Shown: in pieces, positions 18,560 to 28,219 of the stretch | Position numbering within the stretch: the stretch's first letter is position 1 | Layout of the letters: every line of letters starts with the position of its first letter | Assembly: GCA_036676985.1 (NCBI GenBank) | Contig: JAKFBU010000027.1 | Span: forward strand, 1 to 64,000 | DNA from: Candidatus Sericytochromatia bacterium | GTDB taxonomy: Bacteria; Cyanobacteriota; Sericytochromatia; S15B-MN24; UBA4093 | Reading direction: 5' to 3' | Length of the DNA: 64,000 bases | Made by a program: the position numbers and the translations under genes | The notes under the pieces: generated by a model | The model's input: the letters and a program-made list of their open reading frames with translations, nothing else | What the model was told of the DNA's origin: nothing | Database searches by the model: none

Positions 18560-19009
18560 ATGTACGCATTCGTCCTCGGTACGCACAACGTCCTGCGCTG
18601 GGTCGTGCTCCTCGCTGCCCTGCTCGCCCTCGGGAGCGCCCTGCGCGGCTGGCTCGGCAAGCAGACCTGGAAGGAGTCGGATCGCCGCTTCGGCGTCGCC
18701 TTCGTGGGCGCCCTCGACCTCCAGATCCTGCTCGGTCTCCTGCTCCAGTTCGTCCTGAGCCCCGTCACCAAGTCGGCCTACGCCAACATGAAGGTCGCCA
18801 TGAAGGAGTCGTCGCTGCGCTTCTTCGCGGTGGAGCACATCCTCGTGATGGTCGTGGCCGCCGCCCTCGCCCACGTGGGCAGCGTCATGGTCAAGCGGGC
18901 CGCGCCCGAGGCCAAGTACCGGACGGCCGCCATCTGGTTCGGGCTCGCCCTGCTCGCGATCCTGTTCGGAATTCCCTGGTTCCGTCCCCTGGTGCCCGGT
19001 CTGGGCTAA
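18560..19009 (+). CDS. Four-TM membrane protein (conserved hypothetical)
   Basis: HNVLRW..DLQILLGLLL..RFFAVEH..IPW; four hydrophobic helices. Confidence 0.75.
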   Translation: MYAFVLGTHNVLRWVVLLAALLALGSALRGWLGKQTWKESDRRFGVAFVGALDLQILLGLLLQFVLSPVTKSAYANMKVAMKESSLRFFAVEHILVMVVAAALAHVGSVMVKRAAPEAKYRTAAIWFGLALLAILFGIPWFRPLVPGLG

Positions 19010-19039
19010 CCGGGTCGCGCCCCCTCTTCCTGCCTGGGC

Positions 19040-19486
19040 ATGAAGTCGCTTCCCTGGTCCGCGCTCCTGGACCGATGCGTGTCGCTGGCGGCCATCGTCG
19101 TCGTGGTGATGGTTGGTGTGCGGTATCTGGCCCCGCGCCCGAGCGATCCCCTCGAGGCCCTCTCGGGTGCGAGCGTGGCTCCGCCGGGGCAGGTCGCCCT
19201 GATCGAACTCGGGGCCACCTACTGCCCGGCATGCGTGGCCATGACCCCCACCATCGAGCTCTTGAAGCGCCGTTATGCGGGACGGGCCCGGGTCTCGGTC
19301 CTCCAGATCGACAAGCCGGAGCATCGTTCGGCCGTCGAATCGCTCGCGCGGCTCGCGCGGCTGCGCGTGACGCCGACCTTCCTGGTGGTGGGTCGGGATG
19401 GTCAGGCGAGGGCCAAGTTCATCGGTCCCACCTCGTACCTGGCCCTCTCCGGAGCCCTCGACGCGGAGCTTGCCAGGACGCCATGA
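19040..19486 (+). CDS. Membrane-anchored thioredoxin family protein
   Basis: N-terminal TM; ATYCPAC; VTPT cis-Pro loop. Confidence 0.8.
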   Translation: MKSLPWSALLDRCVSLAAIVVVVMVGVRYLAPRPSDPLEALSGASVAPPGQVALIELGATYCPACVAMTPTIELLKRRYAGRARVSVLQIDKPEHRSAVESLARLARLRVTPTFLVVGRDGQARAKFIGPTSYLALSGALDAELARTP

Positions 19487-19693
19487 ACGGGGGCCGTCGC
19501 CCGTCTGGGGCAGGCGGGAGGCGATCTCTGCCGATCGAATTGCCAAGAAATACACATTAGTAGCTCGTTTCTGCACGATAACTTTATGCAGGTTGGGGCA
19601 CAAATTTCGTAGAGCGTTGGGCGAGGGATCTCGACGCCCTGAGCACCTATGCCGGTTTCGGCCCGCCGGTCCCGTTCGAACGGGTCAAGCGGT

Positions 19694-19712
19694 TGTACCG
19701 GGTGGGGGTATA
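19694..19712. promoter_or_regulatory. CsoR-family operator 1
   Basis: tgtacc-gggtggg-ggtata, directly upstream of the regulator RBS. Confidence 0.75.
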
Positions 19713-19736
19713 TACTCTCCGTAGGAGGAGAACAGC

Positions 19737-19988
19737 GTGAAGTCAGATGAGAAGATCCTGCAGAATCTGCGCCGCATCGAAGGCCAGATCAAGGGACTGC
19801 AGCGGATGATCTCGGAGCAGCGTGAATGCGACGAGATTCTCATGCAGATTATGGCGGCCAAGGCGGCCTTGGACCGCGTCACCAACGATCTGGTCGAGAA
19901 CCACATGGATGCATGCTTCGATCAGATGTCGCCGGGTGAGCTGAAGTTGCGGATGACCAAGACGATCGGCCTGCTCTGCAAGATGTAG
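19737..19988 (+). CDS. csoR: CsoR/RcnR family metal- or persulfide-sensing repressor
   Basis: LRRIEGQIKGLQRMI..C31..QI.A...AL..H56..C60. Confidence 0.9.
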   Translation: MKSDEKILQNLRRIEGQIKGLQRMISEQRECDEILMQIMAAKAALDRVTNDLVENHMDACFDQMSPGELKLRMTKTIGLLCKM

Positions 19989-19997
19989 GTTATTTGG

Positions 19998-20024
19998 AGG
20001 CCCTCGTACGAGGGCCTTTTTTTT
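19998..20024 (+). terminator. Intrinsic terminator after csoR
   Basis: Perfect palindrome aggccctcgtacgagggcct followed by a T run. Confidence 0.8.
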
Positions 20025-20041
20025 ATGGGAAGGTAGCCCAC

Positions 20042-20461
20042 ATGACCCTTCGAGCCCTCGCCATCGCCCTCGGACTTTCGTTGCTCGGCTCCCTCTCCGC
20101 GCATGCGGACCCGGGCTTCGCCTCGCTGCCCATGTCGGAAGCCGTCTCCGTCATGCAGCAGGAGCATGCCCCGCTCGTCGTGGACGTCCGGGAGCCCGAT
20201 GAATACGCAGCGGGCCACGTTCCGGGCGCGATCAACGTGCCGCTCGGACAGGTGGGGGAATGGGCCCAGGATCGCCACAAGGACGAAGCCATGCTCGTCA
20301 TCTGCCAGAGCGGCCGCCGGAGTCTCAAGGCCAGCCAGGAGCTAGCTGCCCGGGGCTTCACCCGCGTGACCAACGTCGAGGGCGGTTTCCGGGCCTGGAA
20401 GGAGCGGGGAATGCCGGTGGCGCGGCCGACGACGCTTGACGCCGCCCCTGCCGAGCGCTAA
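20042..20461 (+). CDS. Rhodanese-like protein with signal peptide
   Basis: VDVREPDEYAAGHVPGA, CQSGRRS, GGFRAW. Confidence 0.92.
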   Translation: MTLRALAIALGLSLLGSLSAHADPGFASLPMSEAVSVMQQEHAPLVVDVREPDEYAAGHVPGAINVPLGQVGEWAQDRHKDEAMLVICQSGRRSLKASQELAARGFTRVTNVEGGFRAWKERGMPVARPTTLDAAPAER

Positions 20462-20480
20462 TATACCCCGGTAGGGTATA
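20462..20480. promoter_or_regulatory. CsoR-family operator 2
   Basis: tataccc-cggta-gggtata inverted repeat; same geometry as operator 1. Confidence 0.8.
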
Positions 20481-20496
20481 GGGGCCAGGAGGTTGC

Positions 20497-20820
20497 ATGT
20501 TTGGTTTGTTCGCCCCCCAGGGTCCCCAGATGAAGCCCCAAGAGCTCGCCACCCGGCTTGCCGGGGAGACGGCGCCGCTCGTGCTCGACGTCCGTGAGCC
20601 CGCGGAGTATGCGTCCGGCCACATTCCGGGGAGCCGTTCCATGCCGCTCCTGACCCTGCCTGCTCGGCTGCAGGAGTTGCCCCGGGACCGTGCGATCGTG
20701 GTGGTGTGCCTCAGCGGCGGCCGTAGCGCCCAGGCCAGCCGGATCCTCTTGCAGGCCGGCTACGACGCCCTCGACATGCCGGGCGGCATGATGGCCTGGC
20801 GCGGTCCGGTGGAGCGCTGA
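20497..20820 (+). CDS. Rhodanese-like protein (cytoplasmic)
   Basis: LDVREPAEYASGHIPGS, CLSGGRS, GGMMAW. Confidence 0.93.
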   Translation: MFGLFAPQGPQMKPQELATRLAGETAPLVLDVREPAEYASGHIPGSRSMPLLTLPARLQELPRDRAIVVVCLSGGRSAQASRILLQAGYDALDMPGGMMAWRGPVER

Positions 20821-20990
20821 CGGCCGCCTGGCGACCCGGTTTGGTGCCCTGGGCTCGTCGGCTGTTTTGGGCGGTTGCCGGCAGGCCGTCGAGCCCGCCT
20901 GTTCCGGTACCTGGAGGATCGGCTCGTTTCGAGGGATAATGCCGGATAGTCGTCGGTCACACGACCGGTCCCCTGCTTTCGAAAGACCCT

Positions 20991-22004
20991 ATGGCTGCCG
21001 AATCCGTCTCGCTCCCCAAACCTGGCCCCTTGCCCGGCACGGCGCTCGCCCTCGGGCTTGCGGTCGTGAGCTACTGGCTCGCCACCCTGCCCGGCCTCAA
21101 GGTCATGGGCGCGCTCACGGTGGCCCTCGTCGTGGGCATCCTGTGGCGCGCCACGGTCGGCCTGCCGGCGGTCGCCGTGCCGGGTACCAAGATCACGGCG
21201 CGGACCATTCTGCGGCTCGGGATCGTCCTGATGGGCGCGCGCCTCGACTTCGGGCTGGTGGCCCAGGCGGGTCCCAAGGTGCTCTTGCTGGACGTGGTCA
21301 TGATCGCGATCGGCATCGCCGGGATCGCCTGGATCGCCCGCCGCTTCGGAGTCGGTGCCAAGCTGGCCCTGCTCCTGGCGGTCGGGACGTCGATCTGCGG
21401 GGCGAGTGCCGTGGCCGCCGCGGCACCGGTCGCCAAGGCCGAGGAGGACGACGTTACCCTCGCCGTGGCCCTCTGCGGCATCCTGGGGACCCTGGGGGTC
21501 TTCTGCTACCTCTTGCTGGCCCCCTTCTTGGGGCTCTCGACGCTCCAGCTAGCCATCCTGTCGGGCTCGACCCTGCACGAGGTGGCGCAGGTCATGGCGG
21601 CGGCCTTCACGTGGGGCACGGCCGCCGGGGACATGGGGACCCTCGTCAAGCTCACGCGGGTGGTGCTGCTCGCCCCGGCGCTCGTCGTGTTGGGAGTCGT
21701 CACCGGGGGCGGGCTCAAGGGCATGCGTTTCACCTGGCGGCAGCCGCCGGTGCCCTGGTTCGTCATCGGGTTCCTGGCGGTGGGCGTCGCGGGTTCGATC
21801 GGCCTCATGCCTGCCGTGGCCAGGACCTGGCTGTCCACTGCGAGCATCTTTCTGATGGTCATGGCCATGGCCGCCATGGGCCTCAACACGCCGCTCGACA
21901 TGATCCGCAAGGCCGGGATGCGGGTCCTCTACGCCGGTTTCAGCGGATTCGCACTCTTGGGCGTCATCAGCTGGCTTTTGATCCGGGGCTTGGACATAAG
22001 TTAG
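20991..22004 (+). CDS. YeiH / putative sulfate exporter family membrane protein
   Basis: LRLGIVLMG, GTSICGASA, HEVAQV, KLTRV, PWF. Confidence 0.92.
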   Translation: MAAESVSLPKPGPLPGTALALGLAVVSYWLATLPGLKVMGALTVALVVGILWRATVGLPAVAVPGTKITARTILRLGIVLMGARLDFGLVAQAGPKVLLLDVVMIAIGIAGIAWIARRFGVGAKLALLLAVGTSICGASAVAAAAPVAKAEEDDVTLAVALCGILGTLGVFCYLLLAPFLGLSTLQLAILSGSTLHEVAQVMAAAFTWGTAAGDMGTLVKLTRVVLLAPALVVLGVVTGGGLKGMRFTWRQPPVPWFVIGFLAVGVAGSIGLMPAVARTWLSTASIFLMVMAMAAMGLNTPLDMIRKAGMRVLYAGFSGFALLGVISWLLIRGLDIS

Positions 22005-22042
22005 GGGCGGCGCGAGCTCGCCCCCACGACAAGGAGGAACGC

Positions 22043-22447
22043 ATGCAGTTCACCAAGGAGCGCTATGGTCTGGGCGGCAAGGTCGCGTTGCCGTATGCCG
22101 AGGCGGTCGAGAAGACCAAGGAGGCCCTCAAGGCCGAAGGCTTCGGCGTGCTGTGCGAGATCGACGTGCAGGCGACCCTCAAGGCCAAGATCGGCGTCGA
22201 TCGCACCCCGTACGTCATCCTCGGGGCATGCAACCCGCACCTCGCTCACCAGGCCCTCTCGGCCGAGCCGGACCTGGGGTTGCTCTTGCCTTGCAACGTG
22301 GTGGTGTTCGAGGAAGCAGGACAGGTCTACGTCAAGGCCATCGACCCCGGCAAGATGCTGTCGATCGTGGAGAACCCGGCGCTCGACCCGGTCGCGCAGG
22401 ACGTCCGCGGCAAGCTCGAGCGGGTCCTCGCGAGCATCCAGGGCTAA
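22043..22447 (+). CDS. DUF302 domain protein
   Basis: AAGGAGG RBS; GFGVL.EID, ILGACNP, GLLLPCNVVV. Confidence 0.92.
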   Translation: MQFTKERYGLGGKVALPYAEAVEKTKEALKAEGFGVLCEIDVQATLKAKIGVDRTPYVILGACNPHLAHQALSAEPDLGLLLPCNVVVFEEAGQVYVKAIDPGKMLSIVENPALDPVAQDVRGKLERVLASIQG

Positions 22448-22452
22448 CGACG

Positions 22453-22482
22453 GCGGCCCCGGCTCCTCGGAGCCGGGGCCGC
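22453..22482. terminator. Hairpin between convergent genes (bidirectional terminator)
   Basis: gcggccccggctcc-tc-ggagccggggccgc. Confidence 0.7.
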
Positions 22483-22495
22483 TTGCATGGTGGCG

Positions 22496-23929
22496 TCAGG
22501 GCGCCTTGAAGTAGGCGTCGAAAAAGCGGCGCAGCGAGTAGAGGTCCGACTTGGAGCTCAGCTCGTAGGTGCCGTGCATGGCCAGGAGCGGCGCACCGAC
22601 ATCCACCACGTCCATGTTCAGCTCCTGCAGTTCGGTGCCGATGGTGCCGCCGCCTCCGCCGTCCACCTTGTAGGCATAGGTTTGCCAGGGGATCTTGTGC
22701 TCCGAGAGGATCTGGCGCAGCCGCGAGCGGAAGGCCGGCGAGGCGTCATAGCCGGGCTTCATGGTCTTGAGCGAGAAGCCCTGACCCAGCCGAGCGGTGG
22801 TCAAGGGGTCCTCCGTGCCCGGGAAGTTCGGGTTGATGGACTGCGAGACGTCCGCCGACAAGGCATCCGAGGTCTCGAGCATGGCCGAGAGGGCTTCGCC
22901 GGAAGTCTCGCGCCCCGCCTCACGGGCCAGGAATCGGTCGAGGGTCGCCGTGAAGAAGCGGCTCCGCGCGCCCGTGGTGTTGATGTTGCCCACCTCCTCG
23001 TTGTCCACCAGGTAGACCACGGCCGTCCGCTCGGGCGCGGAGCCCATTGCCATCAAGACGCGGGTCGCCACGTAGGAGCAGAGGCCGTCGTCCTGGCCGT
23101 AGCCGCCGATCATGCTGCGATCGAGGCCCACCTCGCGCGGCGCGGTGGCGGGTACCAGCGACAGGTCGGCCGAGACGAAGTCCTCCTCGGTCAGGCCGTA
23201 ACGCTTGTTCAACTCCTCGAGGACCGCCCGGGTGACACTGCCCTTGAGGTCCGGCACGGTGCCCGCGAGCACGTTCAACTCATCGCCCTTGAAGACCTGA
23301 TCGGCCGTGCGCGTGCGGTAGTCCTTGTCCACGTGCGGTGCGAGGTCCGGCATGAGCAGGACCGGGTCGCCCGGCGCCTCGCCGATGGAGACGTCCACCA
23401 GCTTGCCGTCGCTGCGTGCCACCTGGCCCACCAGGGCGAGCGGGAGGTTGCTCCACTGGTAGCGCTTGATGCCACCATAGGGCTGGGTCTTGAGGAGCGC
23501 GAAGCCCTCGGCCGTCTTGAGGGGGCGGATGCGCAGGTCGAGGCGCGGTGAGTCCAGGTGGGCGCCAATGAGGCGGATGCCGTCCTTCAGGGGACGCTTT
23601 CCGACCACGAAGGCGAGCAGGGCGCGATCGCGGTTGATGACGTAGTACTTGGCGCCGGGTTGCCACTTCTCGTTGGCCGTGAAGGGCCGGAATCCGGCCT
23701 TGTCCAGCTGGGCCTTGAGGTAGCGCGTCCGGTGCAGCGGGATCTTGGCCTCGCCCAGAAAGCGCATGTAGTCCTGCGCGAGCGAGTTGGCCTCCTGGCG
23801 CTGCGCATCCGTGAGGCGCTGCCAGGGGACCTGGTTCACCGGAGCGGGATCGGCGGCGAGGGCGGCGGGTCCCTGGAGGATCATGAGGCCCGCGAGAACC
23901 ATGGCGGGCAGCATCGGGGTGCGGGACAT
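22496..23929 (-). CDS. M18 family aminopeptidase with a predicted signal peptide
   Basis: GAHLDSPRL, YGGIK.YQW, GYGQDD, DNEEVG, SADV, GGGGTI, LAMH. Confidence 0.9.
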   Translation of the reverse strand: MSRTPMLPAMVLAGLMILQGPAALAADPAPVNQVPWQRLTDAQRQEANSLAQDYMRFLGEAKIPLHRTRYLKAQLDKAGFRPFTANEKWQPGAKYYVINRDRALLAFVVGKRPLKDGIRLIGAHLDSPRLDLRIRPLKTAEGFALLKTQPYGGIKRYQWSNLPLALVGQVARSDGKLVDVSIGEAPGDPVLLMPDLAPHVDKDYRTRTADQVFKGDELNVLAGTVPDLKGSVTRAVLEELNKRYGLTEEDFVSADLSLVPATAPREVGLDRSMIGGYGQDDGLCSYVATRVLMAMGSAPERTAVVYLVDNEEVGNINTTGARSRFFTATLDRFLAREAGRETSGEALSAMLETSDALSADVSQSINPNFPGTEDPLTTARLGQGFSLKTMKPGYDASPAFRSRLRQILSEHKIPWQTYAYKVDGGGGGTIGTELQELNMDVVDVGAPLLAMHGTYELSSKSDLYSLRRFFDAYFKAP

Positions 23930-24086
23930 AGGGCTCCTTTACAGGGTGGCGGGGCCACCGACGGGCTCATGGGTCGCTTGGCTACATTATAGGCCGCCCG
24001 CGAGCCCCCGAAACGTCCCGCCCCCCGTGAGGGCTGGCGCCCATGGGCCATCCTCGGTCCCGAACCGGCCGGCGGCAGCGACGCGG

Positions 24087-24114
24087 GGGGCCGGATCCTT
24101 TCGGATCCGGCCCC
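24087..24114 (-). terminator. Hairpin downstream of the YHS gene
   Basis: ggggccggatcc-tttc-ggatccggcccc. Confidence 0.65.
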
Positions 24115-24128
24115 TCGTTTGGCCGAAA

Positions 24129-24347
24129 TTACCGGTTGCGTGGCCCGCTCAATTGAGGTTCGATGACTCCGCTCACTTGTTGCTGCGTCGCCTTGTCCCG
24201 CTGGATGTAGCGGTCCGGATCGGCCAGGAACTTCTCCTGATCGTCGAGCGAACAGAAGAAATAGGTGTGCCCCATGAAGTCCACGCTCCGAAAGACGGTC
24301 TCTTCGGGCTGACGTTGCTCGCAGACCTCACAAAAGACGTTTGCCAT
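24129..24347 (-). CDS. YHS domain protein
   Basis: AAGGAG RBS; CEVC..GHTYFFCS....KFLADPDRY. Confidence 0.85.
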   Translation of the reverse strand: MANVFCEVCEQRQPEETVFRSVDFMGHTYFFCSLDDQEKFLADPDRYIQRDKATQQQVSGVIEPQLSGPRNR

Positions 24348-24443
24348 GGGTCGTTCTCCTTTCGCGAGGATCGGATTGCATCTTATCTCCCCGGCACCGG
24401 TTGGCAAGGACGAAGCAGGTGTGATTCGACGGCCCATGGGAGG

Positions 24444-26741
24444 TCACGTCAGGCCCCGGATGATCCAGGTTCCCGGTTTCAGCTCCACCTCGCAGCGCAG
24501 GGCGGTGCCGCGGACCTCGAACGGCACCGCCGTTCCCCCGAACGACATGTGGGAGGCCTCGGTGGCGCCGTGCAGGACGAGGCTCAGGCACCGCTGCCTG
24601 GCGGGGAGGCCTGAATGGAGCTGCTCCAGCTCCAGCGTCAGGCCATCTCCCGCCACGCTCCCCGTCGCTCGCCAGTGCTCGTAGGCGCCTTGCAGATGGT
24701 CCAGGCTCTGTCCGTCGTCGTCGTACCACTCACCCGACAGCAGGTCGCCGGGATAGACGTGCAGTTCGAGGTGATCGCCTCGCAACCCCTCGGTCGAGCC
24801 CGCCCAGGGCCCCCGCGGGATGACGGAGCCCGCCCGCACGAAGGCCGGAATGGTCTCGAGTGAGGCCGCCGCGACCGTCCACGCACCGCCCGAGGTCCGC
24901 TCGTCCGTCCAGACGTCGTACCAGACGCCCTCAGGCAGGTAGACGGGTCGCTGGGTGACGCCCGGCCGCAGGATCGGGGCGATCAGGAGCTGTCGGCCGA
25001 TCATGGCCTGTTCGCACATGGAGGCGACCACCGGATCGGCGGGAAAATCGTAGACCAGGGGGCGCATGATGGGCTCACCTGTGAGCGAGCACCGCCAGAA
25101 CGCCGTGTACATGTAAGGCAGCCACTCGTATCGCCTTCGGATGGCTTGCCTACAGAGCTCCTCGATTTCGGGCCCGAACTGCCAGGGCTCCTGATACCGC
25201 GTGCCCTTGGCGCTATGGTTGCGAAAGAAGGGCGTGAACGCCCCGAGCTGGGTCCAGCGGACCAGCAGCTCCCCCGTGCCGTCGCCCGAGAACCCGCCCA
25301 CATCCGGGCCGACGAAGGCCACGCCCGAAAGCCCCAGGTTCATGACCATGGGCAGGGACAGCTCGAGGTGGTGCCAGATGCTGAAGTTGTCTCCCGTCCA
25401 GAGCGCCGCGTGGCGCTGGATGCCCGCGAAGCCCGCGCGGCTCAGGATGAAGGGGCGCTGGTTGGGGCGCAGGCGGAGCAGCCCTTCGCGTGTCGCCTGG
25501 CCCATGTACGAGCCGTAGAGGTTGTGCACCTCGGCGTGCGGCACCTCGCCGTCCGCCCCGTGCCGGGCGTTCTCGGGCAGGGTCTTGGAGACGGTGTTGA
25601 ACGTGGCGGGCTCGTTCATGTCGTTCCAGATGCCTTCGATGCCGAGGTCCACGTAGGCGCGGTGCATGTCGCCCCACCACCGCCGCACCTCGGGCCGGAC
25701 GAAGTCGGGAAAGGCCACGTCCTCCGGCCAGACCTCCCCGATGAAGGGGACGCCGTCCGGATCCAGGCAGAAGTAGTCGCGCGTCAGGCCGTCCGCGAAG
25801 ACCGGAAAGGCCGCGTCCTTCTTCACGCCGGGATCGACGATGGGCACGAGCCGGATGCCCTCGGCCCGCAGGTCCGAGACCAGGCGCTCGGGGTCCTTGA
25901 AGCGCTCGGGGTCCCAGGTGAAGACCCGGTAGCCGTTCATGTAGTCGATGTCGGCATAGAGGACGTCCAGCGGGATGTCGCGATCGCGGTACTCCCTGGC
26001 GACCTCGCGCAGGGCCTCCGCGCTCGGGTAGCTCCAGCGGGACTGCTGGTAGCCGAGCGACCAGCGGGGCGGCAGCGACATCCGCCCGGTCAGTTCCGTG
26101 TAGCGCTCGACCAGGTCGGCGAGCGTCGGCCCCGCGACGAGGTACAGGTCCAGGTGCGCCCGCGGCGTCTCGACCACCGCCATGCCGGGTTCCCGGTCGC
26201 CGAGGCTCCAGGTCGTGCGCGTGGGGTCGTCCAGGAAGAGCCCCCAGGCGTCCTGCTCCGTCTGGACGATGAGCCACGGGATGGAGACGTACATGGGATC
26301 GAGCGTGTCGACGTGGGGGCTCGGATCGTCGGTGTTCCACATGACGTAGGTGCGTCCTCGCTTGTCGAGGAAGCCCGTCTTCTCCCCCAGGCCGAAGCAG
26401 CGATCGCCCGGCGCCAGCGCGAGCTTCAACCGCCAGCCCGCTTCGTTGGGGTGGATCTCGAGGCCCGAGCAGCCGTCGAGGGCGACCGAGAGCGGGGAGA
26501 GCGCGACGCCGAGCCGGCCATGGTCGGTCTCGAAGGCACGCTCCCCCTCCGCGAGCCTCAGGGGCAGGCCGTCGGCATGGGGATCGGCGATGGCCGGAGA
26601 CGGCACCGTCGGGTGCCCCGCGGGCGCGAGCGTCACCCGGAAGATCCCCCGGCCGGGCGATCGAACGCGCAGCTCGTGGGTGCTCGAGGACGCGCGGTAG
26701 CCGTCGGAAGCGGGCTGCCAGCGGTGGAAACGTGACGCCAT
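24444..26741 (-). CDS. Glycoside hydrolase family 31 (alpha-glucosidase)
   Basis: GLGEK, GYQQSRWSY, WNDMNEP nucleophile, WTGDN, GPDVGGF, PFFRNH. Confidence 0.96.
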   Translation of the reverse strand: MASRFHRWQPASDGYRASSSTHELRVRSPGRGIFRVTLAPAGHPTVPSPAIADPHADGLPLRLAEGERAFETDHGRLGVALSPLSVALDGCSGLEIHPNEAGWRLKLALAPGDRCFGLGEKTGFLDKRGRTYVMWNTDDPSPHVDTLDPMYVSIPWLIVQTEQDAWGLFLDDPTRTTWSLGDREPGMAVVETPRAHLDLYLVAGPTLADLVERYTELTGRMSLPPRWSLGYQQSRWSYPSAEALREVAREYRDRDIPLDVLYADIDYMNGYRVFTWDPERFKDPERLVSDLRAEGIRLVPIVDPGVKKDAAFPVFADGLTRDYFCLDPDGVPFIGEVWPEDVAFPDFVRPEVRRWWGDMHRAYVDLGIEGIWNDMNEPATFNTVSKTLPENARHGADGEVPHAEVHNLYGSYMGQATREGLLRLRPNQRPFILSRAGFAGIQRHAALWTGDNFSIWHHLELSLPMVMNLGLSGVAFVGPDVGGFSGDGTGELLVRWTQLGAFTPFFRNHSAKGTRYQEPWQFGPEIEELCRQAIRRRYEWLPYMYTAFWRCSLTGEPIMRPLVYDFPADPVVASMCEQAMIGRQLLIAPILRPGVTQRPVYLPEGVWYDVWTDERTSGGAWTVAAASLETIPAFVRAGSVIPRGPWAGSTEGLRGDHLELHVYPGDLLSGEWYDDDGQSLDHLQGAYEHWRATGSVAGDGLTLELEQLHSGLPARQRCLSLVLHGATEASHMSFGGTAVPFEVRGTALRCEVELKPGTWIIRGLT

Positions 26742-26890
26742 GGGACCTCTCTTCGCAGGGTTCCGGGAGTCGAGCCACCTCACTGTAGCCTGATTCCGGG
26801 AGCATGGCAGGGGGCTGCCTCGGGTCCCGGTGGCCGCGGATACCTGCTAAACTGGCTAAGCGACCCGTCGTCACAGGAGCCTACGCCACT

Positions 26891-28207
26891 ATGAACCCTG
26901 AAGTCTCGTCACCTGGCCGTCTTGGCCTCTTGAGCGCTGCCGGCATCGTCGTCGCCTCGATGATCGGCAGCGGCGTCTTCGTGACCAGCGGCTTCCTCGC
27001 CAAGGACCTCTCGCCGGCGGCCATCCTCGTGGGCTGGCTCATGGGCGGCGTGCTCGCGGCCTGCGGGGCCCTGTGCTACGCGGCGGTGGCCGCGGCCATC
27101 CCGAAGAGCGGCGGGGAGTACCGCTACCTGCATGACCTCTACCACCCCTATGCGGGCTTTTTGGCCGGCTGGATCTCGATCGTCTTCGGCTTCGCGGCGC
27201 CGGTGGCCATGGCCGCCATGGCCGCGGGCGCCTACGCCGAGGTGCTCGTGCGACCGGGGCTGGCGTTGCCGGTGGCGGTCTTCCTGGTGGTGGCCCTCGG
27301 GCTCGTGCAGGCCACCGGCCTGCGCTGGGGCACCCTGATCCAGAACGCGGGCGTGGTGCTCAAGGTTCTCACCATCCTGCTCTTCCTGGGCGGGGCCCTG
27401 TTCTCGGGCCTGGTGGAGCCGTCGCGGGTGCTGCCGCCCGAGACGTTCGGGCGATCGCTCCTGAGCGTTCCCTTCGCCATCGGCCAGATCTACATCGGCT
27501 TCGCCTACACGGGCTGGAGCGCGGCGGCTTACCTCGCCTCCGAGGTCAGGGATCCCGTCCGCACCGTGCCCCGCGCCATGTTCCTGGGGTGCAGCATCGT
27601 GACGATCATCTACCTGCTGTTGAACTTCGTCTTCGTCTCCACGCTGTCGCCCGCCGAGCTGCTGGATGCCGCGCGGTCCCAGACGGGATCCATCACGCTC
27701 GGGCATCTGGTGGCCGTGCGCGTGCTCGGCGCGACGGGCGGCTGGTTCGCCTCGCTGATGGTCTTCCTGGTGCTGGTGTCGACGGTCTGCGCGCTGAGCA
27801 TGACCGGTCCGCGCATCTGCGACGCCATGGCCCGTGACGGGTTCCTGCCCGCCTGGGCGCGCTGGCAGGACGGCAAGCTGGGGGGACTCGGCTCGGTGGC
27901 CCTCGTGACGGGCATCGCAGTGGTCATGCTCTGGACGAACACGTACGAGGCGATGCTGAGCTCCGTGGGCGTGACGATGGCCATCTTCGGGGCCCTGAGC
28001 GCCAGCTGCGTCCTCAAGCTCAAGGCCATGACGCCCACGCTCTGGGTGGCGCTCACGGTCTTCCTGCTCGGATTGGGCTGGAGCGTGGCGGGCAGCCTCT
28101 ACTCCAACCCCATGACCATCGTCTGGGGGCTGTTGACGGTGGGAGTCGCGACCGGCTTCTACCGGGTCGTGCGGCGTCGGCAGACGATCCTGGCGCCCGA
28201 GGCCTGA
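26891..28207 (+). CDS. APC family amino acid permease
   Basis: MIGSGVF, PKSGGEY.YL, FAYTGW, EVRDP. Confidence 0.93.
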   Translation: MNPEVSSPGRLGLLSAAGIVVASMIGSGVFVTSGFLAKDLSPAAILVGWLMGGVLAACGALCYAAVAAAIPKSGGEYRYLHDLYHPYAGFLAGWISIVFGFAAPVAMAAMAAGAYAEVLVRPGLALPVAVFLVVALGLVQATGLRWGTLIQNAGVVLKVLTILLFLGGALFSGLVEPSRVLPPETFGRSLLSVPFAIGQIYIGFAYTGWSAAAYLASEVRDPVRTVPRAMFLGCSIVTIIYLLLNFVFVSTLSPAELLDAARSQTGSITLGHLVAVRVLGATGGWFASLMVFLVLVSTVCALSMTGPRICDAMARDGFLPAWARWQDGKLGGLGSVALVTGIAVVMLWTNTYEAMLSSVGVTMAIFGALSASCVLKLKAMTPTLWVALTVFLLGLGWSVAGSLYSNPMTIVWGLLTVGVATGFYRVVRRRQTILAPEA

Positions 28208-28219
28208 CCTGGGAGCGCC

